Assembly: GCA_900088475.1 (NCBI GenBank)
Contig: FLMG01001356.1
Location: forward strand, 1-64,000
Origin: Hyphochytrium catenoides
Taxonomy: Eukaryota; Protista; Hyphochytriomycota
DNA: 64,000 bases
Direction of reading: 5' to 3'
Shown here one piece after another: positions 36,788 to 49,930 of the stretch (position 1 is the stretch's first letter; each line of letters begins with the position of its first letter). The notes under the pieces are model-generated. The model had not been told where the DNA came from. It made no database searches and saw only the letters and a list, made by a program, of their open reading frames with translations. Made by a program: the position numbers and the translations under genes.

Positions 36788-37433
36788 CAGTTTAAGGACG
36801 GTACGACTTCTCTCATTCGATTCCGACCTTGAGCTCCTTAGCTTGCCCCGTGTCAGTGAGTATGACGTCGACATCGCCACGGGCCTTCTCATTCTCATTA
36901 CAGGGCCGGAGCCGAGTTATGACCCGAACTCTGGAGTTAGGGAGAGCGAGGGCGAAGCTTCAATGAGTATTTCCACTAAAATGTGATACAAAGGACGGGA
37001 AGCGGCGCAGAGTAATGGCGAAGAGGGGCAACGATGTAAGAAAGGCCAACACGGACATGGCCGTAGTTCTTTTCTGAATGTAAGAGAAAGGTACAACCCA
37101 GGTCCTACCTGGAGGAGACGTGTCCCCGCTCGCTAGTGACATCTTCCTGGTCATCCTCTGCTTTCGTCGTTTTAGACGCAACTGGGCCGTTTCCAGGCGG
37201 TTTGGACGATCGAGAACTTCTCTTAGAGTTGGCACTGTCACCTCTCTCTTTGGAACCATGAGCAGCCACATTTTGCGCCTGCTGCTGAGAAGGTGGAGGC
37301 CCCATGCCTTGCCTTCCTTCTTCAATATCCTACCCTCTCTGCTCGACCCGCTCTTCAATTTGGGACGTCCTCATCGTTCTACATGGACATCTTCAAAGGA
37401 GCTTCCTACCTTGGGCATTTGCTGAAGCTCCAT
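32123..37433 (-). CDS. KIF12: Kinesin motor, kinesin-16/KIF12-like
   Basis: [93 protein letters not shown]; tail ENEYLRSQ and [16 protein letters not shown] typical of KIF12-like proteins. Subfamily call is by recognition; ends approximate. Confidence 0.85.
36620..36790. repeat. (AG)n-rich microsatellite in a kinesin intron
   Basis: gagagagaga tracts. Confidence 0.95.
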
Positions 37434-37990
37434 CCTTACAGTCTTGGGGCCAAGCTGTTACAAGGCATGACACCGCTGTGGCGATCGACATAATAGCTTA
37501 AAGGGGAAAGGAGGCCCAGGCAAGCGAGACGACGGCAGGCTTGCCTGTTCGGCTGCTGGGCTGTGGACGAGCCATCAGTCCTCCGTCCTCAAGGCTCTCG
37601 CTCTGCGCTGTTCCGCGTCTTCAGTTCCTGTAACCTTTCGATTCACATCAACGCCTACCGGGATTACGAATTATCATTGAAATATTCCGGGAAATAACTA
37701 TATAAGAGTCTGATTATCGGAAATACAACCCCTGCAAGTCATCAGTCACACAAAGGCTCCCATCCCTCAATAGAGAGAAGGCAGACGAAGGCGCTCACAG
37801 ATGATCGACACCGAAGCAAGCGAGGCAGAAGATCAAGGATAGCTGTTAAGCCGTGGACGTCCTACTGTCGATCGTAGCGAGGACAAGGATGGATATATAA
37901 CTCTGATATTTTCTGGTTAGCGATAAAATGGGGTGTGAGGTGGATTGACGTTTTAGGCCCTGCAGATGATCTGCCGCCCAAAGCTAACCA

Positions 37991-40538
37991 TTAGTACCTA
38001 CTGCTGCGCTCCCTAGGGCGATCGCGGTAGCCTGCATCCTCTTCTGGATGGCGATCGCGGTAGGAGCGTTCATAGTAGTCATCGCGGTGAGAAGAGCGAG
38101 GAGGGGGATAATCATCATAACGACGCTCTCTTTCTCGTTCTCTGTCTCTTGGCGCTTCGTAGTAGGGGTCTCTGCTGTCGCGGTCACGCCCATCGCGATA
38201 GTCTTTGGCTCCTGAACGCTGGGACCCTCCATAGTCATACCGGTCGCGATAGTCTCGGTCCATGTCTGCGCGAGACCCATAGCCTCTGTCTCTGCTTCTG
38301 GATCGTCGGTAGGAAGAAGGCGGAGGATTCCTTCCTGCCCTTTCACGGCTTCTCCCTCTCCCGGAAGGTTCTTGTGAACGAAAAACAGTAATCAGGGAAA
38401 TCTATAGACAACGTCGAGATGAGGAAGAAAGGCAACAAATTCCAAGACATACCTCGCCTCCTAGGTGGAGATCGGGAGCGGCTTGAGCGCCGGCGGCCCC
38501 TATCACTGAGGAAAAGAAGGGGTACAAGCGAGCGGGGTTGGTAAGGTAGTGGACGTTGAAGGCCGAAAGGCAGAGGGAAGGCCATGGATAAGGTGGTTGA
38601 TGACGTTGCGTGAGAGAATAACGTAGGAGAATAGCGATGGCAACAGTTTGCGATGCAAACGCAGGAAGTGGCAGGTGACGAGGACTATCAGCGCTATAGA
38701 GCGTAGTTCGGGTTGGCGATGGACGGACTGCGATGGTAGACGAGGTAAGGGCCCCTGTAAGGCTCAAGGTAGGTCGATGGCGCCTGGGGGCGGCACGTTG
38801 GATACCGACGTGCTGATGCCAGTAAGTGGGAGAGGCGAAGGACAGATCGATGACAAATGGCTCAGGGCGAATCGATGACAGATGGCTCCAAAGCACCCCA
38901 TGCGGAAGACCTTAGCCCCTACAGGGAGTCTCGCCAGACGGCTGGTTCACGGTGGATGGCTGTCATACCTCTTGCTGCTCAACTGTTTGGAGGCGAACTC
39001 GACAGTAATGGTGTCGCCCTTCAAAAGTGAGTTGTTGGTCTCCTTTTGAGCTCTAATGGAGTCTTCCAGATCGTTGAACTCAATAAAGGCGAAGTTCCGA
39101 GTCACCTCGCACTGAGCAGGAGAAAGATAAGTAAGCTAATAGGAATGCGCCATGTACCGAAAAGTACAGCAATGAAGGGTCTATCCCGACATAGAGGGAG
39201 TGAGATAAAGAGGTACAGAGGCAGAGACATGTATGAGGCAGATACAGGCATCAGGCAGCATGTGGAGAGCAAACTTTGGGCAATGGTAATCAATGGCTAC
39301 GGTTGAAGACTGTGAGAGGCGACATATATCAGTCAGATGAAGGCCCACAAAGACCACAGCTTAGGCAGAGAGACCTCATCCTCAACGTAGGAACCTACCC
39401 GCTGAAGGCTACCATATGAGCGATATAATTCTCTCAAGTCTCTCTCGTCAGTCCTTCTAGGGTCAAAGTTGACCACAAACAGAGTTTTGTTGGGTTGCAT
39501 CTCACCACGTCGACGCTCTTGCTCGCGTCTAGGAACACTACGAGTCAGTTCGCCGCTCATCAAGGAAGATGATAGCCGAATGGGAATCCAGGAACACCAA
39601 GGACTGGAAGCGGATGAATGTTATCCATACCTGCGGACAGGTCCGTCGCCCTTGGCGAATTCTACCCTAAGATTCTTGCTAAACGTCTGCGAGCCATTGA
39701 GCTTTTCCACGACACCTTCGAGGTTGTCTGTGCGATGTGCGTATACAAAAGCGTATCCCTTCTTCATGTCTGTCATCAGGCAGCGTCAGATTACCTTTCA
39801 CAAAAGGTGTAGCAAATATAGCAGTAGAAGATTCAAGGACAACGGAGCTGATGGCCCGTAATGAACGCCTTGGAAGTCAAAGGCGGATAAAAGAGTGGCA
39901 ATAAGCGAAGAAAAGACATCGCGGAGACAGATCTTGAGCACAGCTTACCGACACGCTTGACTTTTGCCCCTTGATCCTCAAATGCTCTCTGAAGATCTAT
40001 GCCCCGGGTATCAATATCAAAGTTCCCAATGAACACAGCACGGGTGTCATCTTCGTCATTGTTACTGTGTGTCTGTCCAGAGAAGAGAGTCACAGAACAT
40101 GAGCCAAATTCTCCATGCAATCAGAGCGGGACGAGCACAGAGCTCTTAAGTGAGGCTGGCAAGCGGGTAAGAGGCTTAGAGTTACGAGGACTACGAGTAA
40201 GTATGAACATGAGACATGTAAGGTAAGCGAAACAAAGGAGGGTAAGAGAGAGGTTTCAAGTGAGAACGCCTTAGCATTGAAACAGCGGTTGCGGGCCCTA
40301 CCGACGAAGGAGCGTTCCTAGCCTCTGCTTTAGGATCGTCCCGATTTCTGGGGATTTCTCCTCGCTCCGGACGGTCATCCATTTGTGAGTCCTGCGATTG
40401 CGCTCTGCCTCGAGCAGGAGACCCCTCCCTGGAGCTTGGAGGATCAGGAGATTCTCTGCCTAAGCTACGTCTGCGATCTGGAGAGGGAGATCGTGATCGA
40501 GATCGTGAGCGGTCATCAACTTCTGGAGAGCTGCTCAT
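37991..40538 (-). CDS. SR splicing factor with two RRMs, RS31/RS40/RS41-like subfamily
   Basis: RRM1 AVFIGNFDIDTR..VKRVDMKKGYAFVY; RRM2 PNKTLFVVNFDPRRTDERDL..RNFAFIEF; RS/RD-rich ends; TAA 37991. Confidence 0.88.
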
Positions 40539-41433
40539 CGTGCCTCTGCTAAACTACCGCCTCTGTCCTCAAGCACCCTCTTCTGGTTAGAAAAGACTTA
40601 TGCTTGGGCCAAGGATGATAGATAATAAACAAGGATGTATAGGGAAGCCGCGGGAGCTGGCGTCAATGAAGTCAGCGCCGTCTATGTGGGCTCAGTGCTC
40701 GGAGTCTTCACATACAAGCTTTAGAGAGACTTCGGATCTTCGATCTCTGTGATGAAATCTCCGCATTGCTGCCCAAATGTGTACCATTTTGCAAGACAGA
40801 GTGAGATAGTGAGATTCAGAGACATCATGACCTCAAAGCAAAAATAGCGGGGTCTTTTTGCTCAAGAACCGAGACAGACTGCACTTAGAGATATTGCAGA
40901 CATAGAGGCCCACACAGAGAAAATACAGAGACACAGCCCCCAGCGCCGCACAGCTCGATCTGCATTATTAATCCTCCTCGATAACCGCTGAAGCCCTATC
41001 CTCCTCACACGGAGACGGAGCGTATTACAGTAACACTCCTTATCGGATAACCAGGCAGGATTCTTTCACTCTCACTGTCAGGCTACTCCGAAATAGGGTT
41101 TCACTGTATTTACCTATGGGTGTTCGAGAACGAGGGCATCACAACATTGATCTTCGTCAGAATCCGATCCTCATGATCTTCAAACTCTTTCTTCTCGTTT
41201 TATAAATCATCAGCACAGAGAGCGCTCAACAACAGATGGACAGATGCAAGCTTGGGCAAGATAGAAGGAGGAGACAAGAATGATGAGAAACCGAGCAGGT
41301 GGAAATCTCCTCGTCACATACTGTTGGCTTTATTGTACAATATGATAGCGTCGCAGGGATAGCTAACTACTGAGTAAGAAGCTAGGGGAAGCTTACCTCA
41401 TCGTATCCCTGCAAGCGGGGAGCCTGCATAAGA

Positions 41434-43261
41434 ATGGAAGAGACTGTGGAGGATAGGCCTGATGCTCTTAGCTCGCCAAGAGTTAGACTCTCGGAAGGAG
41501 TAGACGATGAGGAAGGCAACAGTGCTATGAACCCAGAACAGGAGGAGCACCAACAACATGAGGTGGAGATAATAACACCAGCGGATGTAGTGGAGGTTGA
41601 TGCAGAGGAAGAAGTATGTGCACTTGACGCTTTATTCACTGCGTCTCTTGAAGTACTCTAACCATATGATAGGCATTCTTTTACGTGGGCACACGGGGCA
41701 AAAAGGTGAACAAAATAGCCGGCCTGGAGACACATACGCAACTCAAGGTGAGATGATATCCTTGATGAATACAACGTCTAGTCGCATCCGTACCAAAGTG
41801 CCAACGGATAGCTTGAGATAAAAGCAATGCAGCGAGAGACTTACTATTCATGGGGAAGCAACACTCTATCTAAAGAGGAACTTTACGGAACAAACCGACA
41901 ACAGAACAAATAGAAGACGGGGAGGCGAAAGAGATAATGAATCATGCCCAACGGAATATTCTCTTTGGACGCTAATGTATCCTATAACAGACGCTAGTCC
42001 TGAGGTCTAATAACATTACAAAGATGGAGGGCTTATCAGCTCTAACGAATCTGACGATGCTGGAGCTCAACGATAACCAACTTCGGAAGATCCAAGACTA
42101 TCAAACCCTAAGCCAGCTGACAATACTGGATGTTTCCTACAATCAGATCCGGCACATACCAGACCTCAGCTGCCTGACCCAGCTGCAAGAGCTCTACGTG
42201 GCGACCAACAAGCTGACAGAAATCGCCGGAATCGAGGAGTTGAAAGAGCTAAAGAAACTAGATCTAGGAGGGAATAGGATCAGGGTAAGAACCGGAAAGA
42301 CTTGGACGGTGAAAATGTGCCTGCTGAACATGTAGTCCAGACTATCTCAGGCCTGGCCAAGCTAACAAGGCTGGAAGAGTTATGGTTGGGGAAGAACAAG
42401 ATCGCAGAGATTGAGGTCAGTTACCTATCTGATGGCTTACCTGTCTCCTGGTCTACTCGGTTGCTTATTAGCTAACCCCAACAGGGCTTAGACGGTCTGC
42501 ACGCGTTAAAAAGGCTAAGTATTCAGGTCAGTTGCCTTCTATGGAGAATTGACAACAAATAATAAGATGAATAAGACCTAACACCCTCACCCTACTTCAT
42601 AGAGCAACCGCGTCACTAAGATCACAGGACTTCTAGCTCTCAGAGCTTTAGAAGAGCTCTATCTGAGCCACAATGGCATTGAGCGGTTAGAAGGACTTGA
42701 TAACCTGGTAAGAGATGGCCCTGAAAGGTATAATGTGCTTTGATGTACTCACCTTCCTCTTTAGAGAGAGTTAAATACTATAGACCTCGGAGTGAACCGG
42801 ATCAGCGCGATAGAGAATATAGGCCACTTAGCTAAACTTACAGACCTCTGGGTAAGCCGTTAGGCCTCTGGAATGTACTCTATATCTAGGTTCTCATGGC
42901 TACTGTTCATGATCTGCAAAGATGAATGGGAACAAGGTCGCCACGTTTGAGGAAGTAGAAAAGCTAAGACCGCTGACCAATCTAGCAACGATTTATCTAG
43001 AGCACAACCCTCTCGCTGAGTAAGTCAGAAATCTTTGGCAGGGTGTTCATTCTATGATTCACTGTTTCCCTCTCTATCTTGTCCCGTCGTACACTTGTGA
43101 TGCCACGTTGGTCCCTACTGATCACCATCCCTCTACTACCCGTTGCCTCCATCGTCAACAGAGACTTCGAGTACCGCAAACGCATCACACAGATCCTACC
43201 ACAGGTGACACAGATAGATGCCGACCCCGTTCATCGCCTTCCCGTTCAGCACCCAGTCTAG
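41434..43261 (+). CDS. PPP1R7: Protein phosphatase 1 regulatory subunit 7 (SDS22), LRR protein
   Basis: SDS22-type LRRs (LDLGGNRIR, LEELWLGKNKI, LSIQSNRVTKI, LYLSHNGIERLEGL) and LRR cap IYLEHNPL..DFEYRKRI..LPQVTQIDA. Confidence 0.92.
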
Positions 43262-43559
43262 ATATGAGGGGGGGCCAGCACGGCTACCTAGACACTTGAG
43301 GTGCCTCTTCATTATTTATGCAGTACCTTTGAAGGATTAGGTACTATCAGTACCGTTGCGACAATGGATAGAGCGACCATAACAAGAGCGAGGCAGGAGA
43401 TTCTTGTTTCAGAGGGCTTTGGATACGAAACATGCGGACGAAAGCACCACCAAGAAGCTCTATAAAGGTGGTTCTGCAAGTCTCCTTGTGTGCCTGAAAT
43501 CTGTTCCTAATAAGGGTTCACGGCCTTCCATCGACTTCGGGTAGACTAAACCATTAAGG

Positions 43560-44444
43560 GTCACTTTTTAAGAGAGGACTTCAATAAGATTGATCCTCAC
43601 GTGACCCGCCCATTGTATTTGGGATTGAGCTCAGTCTGAAGCACTCTTAGTTTCATGGGGGACTTTCTTCACGGGTAAAAGGCTACGCAATAACTATATT
43701 CCTTCAGGATGTCAACCCCTTGCTGCAGGCCATTTCAGCTAAGAACCTTTACCCTGTGCTAGCCAGAACTCCTCCTCTACCCATCCTATGTCAATATCGT
43801 GCCATGGCCGACGCTACAGGAAGCTCCCCAGTCCGACTAATGATGGAAAGAGTGACCCATGATAGGAGGATCTGGTTCTGAACGGCATAGGAGCCGCTGC
43901 TCCGCAAACCCACTGCGATACTTGATTAGAAGGTTGGCCCAACACTTATCAGTAGCACGTCCAATGAAGAGGTGCCCGAAGACACCGTCGCTGATAACCT
44001 TATTGAATACGACCATGGGAGATCTTGGTAGAGTTCTGCATCATAGATGGAAACGATCTCCGATCGTCCGATGACCTTCTTCAACGCAGCTGATGTCTCT
44101 GCGTCATACAACCCGTCTTCATCTCCGGCTGCGCCGCTGGACTGATGATAGAGATAGTGCTTGGGCGGCTTCGGGCGCATTCCAAAGATGTCCTTTGTTA
44201 TTTACGGGCTGATCGCTAAAACCGCGCTTTCGACCGTTACTAATCTCGTTTTTCCACAAAGGTTTTGGGTGGGTACTTTCGGGTAAAAAGGCTTCCTATC
44301 AGTTATCTTGCCCCTCACTTTACTTCCTATCTTGGGATTGTCACTCCCACCAGCAGAGGAGCCGGGCCAACTCATCAGGAGGAAGGCGTGATAATAGGAC
44401 CTCAGAGCTGCGAGTGAACTCAGGAGCAGGGCGAGCGAAGGCAT
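43560..44444 (-). pseudogene. Unknown, possibly secreted protein gene with in-frame stops
   Basis: ORFs 44444-44202 and 44180-43926 are one frame split by a single TAA (SAVLAISP*ITKDIFGMRPKPPKHYLYHQSSG...YQDLP); hydrophobic N-terminus; downstream frames look protein-like but contain TGA/TAG. Confidence 0.4.
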
Positions 44445-44727
44445 CAGGGTAACTGAGGAGAAGAGTAGACGAGGATTAGCAGGAAGACTCCTTCCTTCTT
44501 CTGTGGACGCAGGCTTTCAGAGGGATCTATCTACAAGCCGACTAAAGGTCGTGAGGAGCTGAGAGGAGTGCACCTTGCAGGTGATAGTGGTAAGAGATAG
44601 AATCCAAGAGACGGGAAGGACATAGGCAGGAGGTACGGAATATAGTCTCATGACAGACGGGAGACGCTTCACTTCCCATCTCTTGCGATAGTCGGTCTGT
44701 CAAACAACTCCGCATTGCAAAAGGACG

Positions 44728-45914
44728 ATGGCTCCGTCCAACATAAACGCCAGTAGTAGAGGTAGGTTAGCAGAGATGCCAACTATATACTGTCACAGTC
44801 TGATCGTATACGGCAGAGACATCCAAGCGAGGGGCTCGTGAGTTCTTGGGAGGCATCCTCGTCCTCGGGATTTCGATGTTTGTCCCTCTTACGTTCTATT
44901 TCGGAAAGAACTTAGGGATGTACTTACGATGGTCATGGACAGCTGAGCTAGTGCTACTGTGGCTGCTAAAAAGTGTCAGTTCTTTTTGTGCTATAGCTGG
45001 GCTTGCTCAGCTTGCTGGACAGAGGTAAACTTTGCGGTTCCTTTTCATAAGAGTTTTGTCGCAACCTAATTGTTCTTCTTATATACAGGATGAGAACAGC
45101 TTCGCTCATGAAGCTCGTCCTGTTGGTTGAGAGCCTAATCCTCCTACTCTTTGGCCTGTACTCATGGCCATTAAGTGTAAGGCAAGTCGTTGAACGCCAG
45201 ATACCAGTCGCTATGGCTAGAGCGACTGCGTTAGAGTCAACATTTCAACAAATATGCTCCCTGTCAACCTGGAGTTATCCTGCTCTTCTACTTTTCACGA
45301 CCAGTTGGATCTCTCTCAAGGGTAGGAAGAAAGAAGGCGCGCTTATCTCACAGCCGCCGAAAACTGCACCTCCAAGTCCAAGGCGGAAAGCTTCGAGCCA
45401 TAACGGTATGAGACAATTTGGAGAATAGAGAGCCAATTGCGGACATACTAAACTGGCGTGGACGCTTGGACTTCACTTATCAACCTAGAATCTACGGCAG
45501 CGTTCAGTGCTCCTGCTAGTGGACATCCATCTGCTTCTGCTACTAACTTCCCCGATCCGTGTTTGCACAAATCATTTTTTGCATGCAGAGCACGAGGTCC
45601 CGGAGTTTGATGTCTCAGGTCCGATAGAGTTTCACTCGAAGTCTCGGTCAGGCGGACTTCATGGCTGGCGGACAGGAAGCCTACGAGTTTCAAGCGACAT
45701 CGTGGAGATTTTCATGAAGGATAAACGATTTATCCATTGGAACATTAGAGAGATCGCATTCGCAGTCCGGGCAGACAAAGAGAACACCTTTTCCATTGTA
45801 GCTCCAAAACGTGCGGTTAATGTTCGCTGCAAGAGCATTGAGGAGGTCCAGAATTGGATAGGTACATTGAGGATGATGCAGGTCCATGCCGTCTCTACCC
45901 AGACCACATTGTAA
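44728..45914 (+). CDS. Membrane protein (about 4 TM segments) with C-terminal PH-like domain
   Basis: Phase-consistent exons; hydrophobic segments, then GGLHGWRTGSLRVS..ENTFSIVAPKRAVNVRCKSIEEVQNWIGTL (PH C-terminal helix Trp); TAA 45914. Confidence 0.65.
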
Positions 45915-46699
45915 ACTGTCCGGCTTTCATGACAAAACTCTTACTACGAAGTAGTAGTCTGCTATCGCTCAGGCCATGGAAGCCTTAGCTGGTATATTCT
46001 ACTAGAAACAGGCCAAGCCGAAAGACAGTGCCTTGGCTGTACATCCTAGACGGGCTGGAACTCTTTTGGTCATCACCTAAGAGCAGCAGTCCGCCCGCAT
46101 AAGGGATACCATCAGCAAGAACTTGAGATGTCAAAGTAAATTACCTCTGTTATCCACGTAATACCTCTATTATCAAAATATCCTGCCTTTGTCGGCCCTC
46201 TCAGTGATCCAAACGTGTGATGGACAACGACAGGGAAAGCGATGGTGCATAAGCTCTATAAGCATCGTTTGGCTTTACCTCCCAACCGCGCTGAGGAGGC
46301 GCTGACGACACACCCTTGCCGCAGAAAGCATCAAGTAGTGAGTCGCGCGAACCCCCTAGAGCAGCCATAAGACCTCTAGAAGGCGCACACAGCCATGAGA
46401 GAGGAAGACTGGAGGCGCCAGTATCGGGCTTCCACCTCCAATCCTTGCGCCTTTGTCTCCTCCACTCCCGACGACGAAGCCGCTTCCTCACACAGGAAAG
46501 CACCTCGGCACTTCCCTTCCCTCTAACCCTAGAGAGTGCTGGGCGGTTACATTTGTGCATTAGGGTCGGAAGCTTTACAATATTGCTATGTGTAATGAGC
46601 TTGGGTTGTATATAAGGGTCGGGCGAGTACTATTCTTGACCCCCATAAGAGCGCCTTCCCGCCACATCAGCCCCATCTTCTCCTCCTTTCCTCCCAGAT

Positions 46700-46710
46700 C
46701 ACCACTCTCG

Positions 46711-46773
<63 letters not shown>

Positions 46774-46899
46774 TCTCTCTCTCGCTTTCTCTCTCTCTCT
46801 CACTCTCTCTCGGCTCTGCCAGGAGAGCTCCGGTTCTGATGCTCTGATGCCCCTCTGTCTCTTTGTCCTTCCTTGCCTTTCACTAGACCTTTCTCTACT

Positions 46900-46930
<31 letters not shown>

Positions 46931-46931
46931 T
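46700..46931. repeat. (CT)n microsatellite region
   Basis: Long ctctct tracts. Confidence 0.95.
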
Positions 46932-47450
46932 CGACGTCCCTTTTAGTCCCGCTCTCACTATCTTCCTCCTTGCTGTCATCTTCCTTCCCCGCCACCATAG
47001 GTTCTCACCCTTCCCCAGTGTTCCTCAGAGCATAGCTAAGAGTGTTACCGCCTACTTCTCATGTCACCTGCCCTTCTGCAGTTGATGGTCTCCTCTTATC
47101 CCTTGCGCTTCTTACGTTTACCAAGTCAGTGCCTAACCCTCATAAAGTCCGTGCGAAGTCCTCCCTATCGTTATGACCAGTCTCCCATCCTTTAACGAAT
47201 CCTCCACCACTCCTTCCTGGACTTCCTAGAAAATTGACTAGACTAGAATGATGGGTTTGGCGGAGATGTTGAGCTCTTCGCCTGCTAACTGCTTTGGCTA
47301 TCTTTGCCGGGCGAGCAGCAGCATCACCTGTCTTTCCCTTTATCGGCGCCGCCGCGAGTCTTCGCTCAATTCTCTACTTGCAGTGACATTATCGCTGCTG
47401 TCTAGAGGTGGAAATAGAAGATCCGTAGATCTCTATAGAAGCTGGTCAAG

Positions 47451-49738
47451 ATGTGGGGCAAGATATTTGGAGACCAAAAGAAGTATGCGGCTGTGCATAT
47501 CATGCCAGATAGTCCTTCCCAGGACGAGGAGAGTGAGTCTCTGACGAAGCCTAGAACTTTCAGCGCATTGAATCAGGTAAGTTGCTTTTCAGAGATGCAG
47601 AAGGTTGCGAAGGGGGAGAAGCCAATGTGCTGGAGGAGGAGATAGAGTTTTATAAGCAAGTGGCAGGCAGGAACGACGAAGATGTCCAATCCTGACTGCG
47701 TTGACTAACTGGGTTTGTATAGGAGGAGAAGGTGGGCCTGACATCAGGCGAGAAGACCTCAACGGAGTCCCACAATCCTCACGGCGGTCATGAGAGTGAC
47801 ATTCCTGGCTCAGTCTTTAATATAGGTAGGTCCTTTGCCTCTGTATGACAGAAGTGACTCCTGAGCTAAACCTTCATCCGACAGTCAACGCTATCGTGGG
47901 TGCAGGACTTATCGGCATCCCTTTTGCTTTCAACAAATGCGGTCTCTATCTTGGACTCATTCTACTGGGACTTGTGTCATACATGGTGGACTATAGTCTC
48001 AGGACCATGATCCTCTTCGGGGCTAAGGTAGACGCGGTTATGGACTTTAAGCCCAATATACTAGTTATGAACTTCCGCTGGCGTCTCTTTATAGGTGAAG
48101 AAGACTAACTATATGGAGCTCTGTGAGCACTGCTTTGGACGAACTGGATACTACGTCGTGTCTCTCTTCATTCTTCTAACGACTTTCGGTGGCATGTGTG
48201 CCTACACAGTGATCGTGGGCGATACCCTGCCAAAGGTAATCGTCATCCTTTCAAAGTTCAAGCTGCTGTCCCTTTGATGTTACTTTGGCCGTTACTCATC
48301 ATGCTGTTATTGGAATGGTACAGGTCTGCATACATCTCAATATCGATCTCTTGGACCACCGTGACCCAGTCGTCATATTCGCGTCTACCTTGGTCATGTT
48401 GCCGCTCTCTCTCTTGAAGAACCTCTCTTCCCTCTCGTTTTCCTCTTCGTTGAGGTAAGGTGGCAAATATTAACGTGTCCTCACATTGCCAGAAATTAAT
48501 GACCTCTTCACCCGCTATGTTCCCCAGTATCTTGGCGAGCGTTGCCCTCATTATAATCGTGTTAATCTTCGCGCCGGAGGCGGCTGAAGAGGATGGAATT
48601 GACGTCAAGCAAGAACACAGTCCTTATGCCTTTGCCAAGTCATCCTTCTTTTCTGGTGTCGGGACGATGTCCTTCGCCTTTGTCATTCAGCATACAAGTT
48701 TCTTCATCTATCAAGGGCTCAAGAACCCGACCCAGCAGCGATGGACCCAGACCACTCACGTTTCTCTTTCCATTGCCTTCACCCTATGCGCCATCTTTGG
48801 CGTAGCCGGATACACAGCCTTCCTCTCTCACACGGAGGGTGACCTGCTCAACAACTTTGAGCACGATCACGCTTATGTCAATGTAGCACGTATCCTTCTA
48901 GCCTCGTCTATGGTAAGAACATCAACAAAGGAGGTAACGACACTGGAAAGGTCCTAATGTCTTTCTTCTTATAGATGATGGTCTATCCAGTGGAGATGTT
49001 TGTGGCCCGGCAAGCTTTGTTTTCCCTCGTCTTCAGAGGACAGAGTGCGAAAATGACCGATAATCAGGTTTTCAATCCACTGATCTCTCTATTACATTTC
49101 CCTCAAAGCAGCTCTGTTCTTTAGCTTCATCTTCGTCTGAGATCCCACCCGTCTCAGCTAACTTCTGGTCCTTTCCTTTTAAAATGCCCTGTGTCACTCT
49201 TTTCTGAACCATGGATCAGCCCTTTGCTAACTCTCACTGTCCAGCACGTAAGAATCACCTTAGGACTTTGGTTGATGACGCTGCTTGTTGGGATCTTCTT
49301 CCATGACCTTGGAGATGTGCTGGAGCTCACTGGTAGCGTCGCCGCCTCCACTCTCGGCTATATTCTGCCCGGACTTGTCTTCATCAAGATGAACGACACC
49401 AACTTCAAGCAGTGGATTGACGTAAGTGAAGCTCCCCTCTCGACATTCCAACCTCCTTCTAAAGCGTGGGTGGTACGCATCACCTCTCTTTGCCTTAGAT
49501 GTGGAAGCCCAGCAGCTCATCCTACGCTCAGACAAGCCTCAAAAAGAAGATCTTCGAAGGCCTCCAATTCTTTGTTCCGTTCTTTTACATCGTCTTTGGA
49601 TTTCTGCTGATGGCAGCTGGAAGCAGTTCCGTTATCTTAGCCCACCTTAACGGAGAGGGTGAGACGCTCCATGAGCAAGCCTCGCTCCATGAACAAGCCT
49701 CAGCTCTTGGAGCGGAGCAGACTTCGGGGTCGCCTTAA
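47451..49738 (+). CDS. Amino-acid transporter, AAAP/SLC38 family (SLC38A11-like)
   Basis: VFNIVNAIVGAGLIGIPFAF, CAYTVIVGDTLP, GTMSFAFVIQH, GDLLNNF, YPVEMFVAR, DLGDVLELTGSVAASTLGYILPG. Confidence 0.9.
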
Positions 49739-49930
49739 AAAAAGCGTGTAAATGAGATAGTGAACTATTTAAGCGTGACATCAAGGCAATTGCCGTCCGC
49801 CAAATAGCCCAGGCTCTCCTTTGGCTTCCATTCACTCCTTTCACATGCTATCAAGTTGACAACACAGTCTATCCACCTGTGGTGCAATCCGCCATCCCCC
49901 CTAACCATGCCAAGTAAAAAACGACCATCG

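Noticed and set aside
27140-37433. Functional ciliary gene cluster (SAS-4 next to KIF12-like kinesin, MORN nearby)
   Set aside because: The adjacency is convergent and plausibly chance in a gene-dense flagellate genome; there is no synteny evidence.
41280-41373. C/D-box snoRNA (ATGATGA...CTGA); similar C box near 40749
   Set aside because: No convincing terminal stem plus D box combination or recognisable rRNA-complementary guide.
1462-44204. Stop-codon reassignment (TAA/TAG = Gln), suggested by two in-frame TAAs and abundant TAG
   Set aside because: I found no in-frame TAA/TAG in the conserved domains I spliced. Gln uses CAA/CAG, and TAG terminates PHF5A exactly at its conserved C-terminus.
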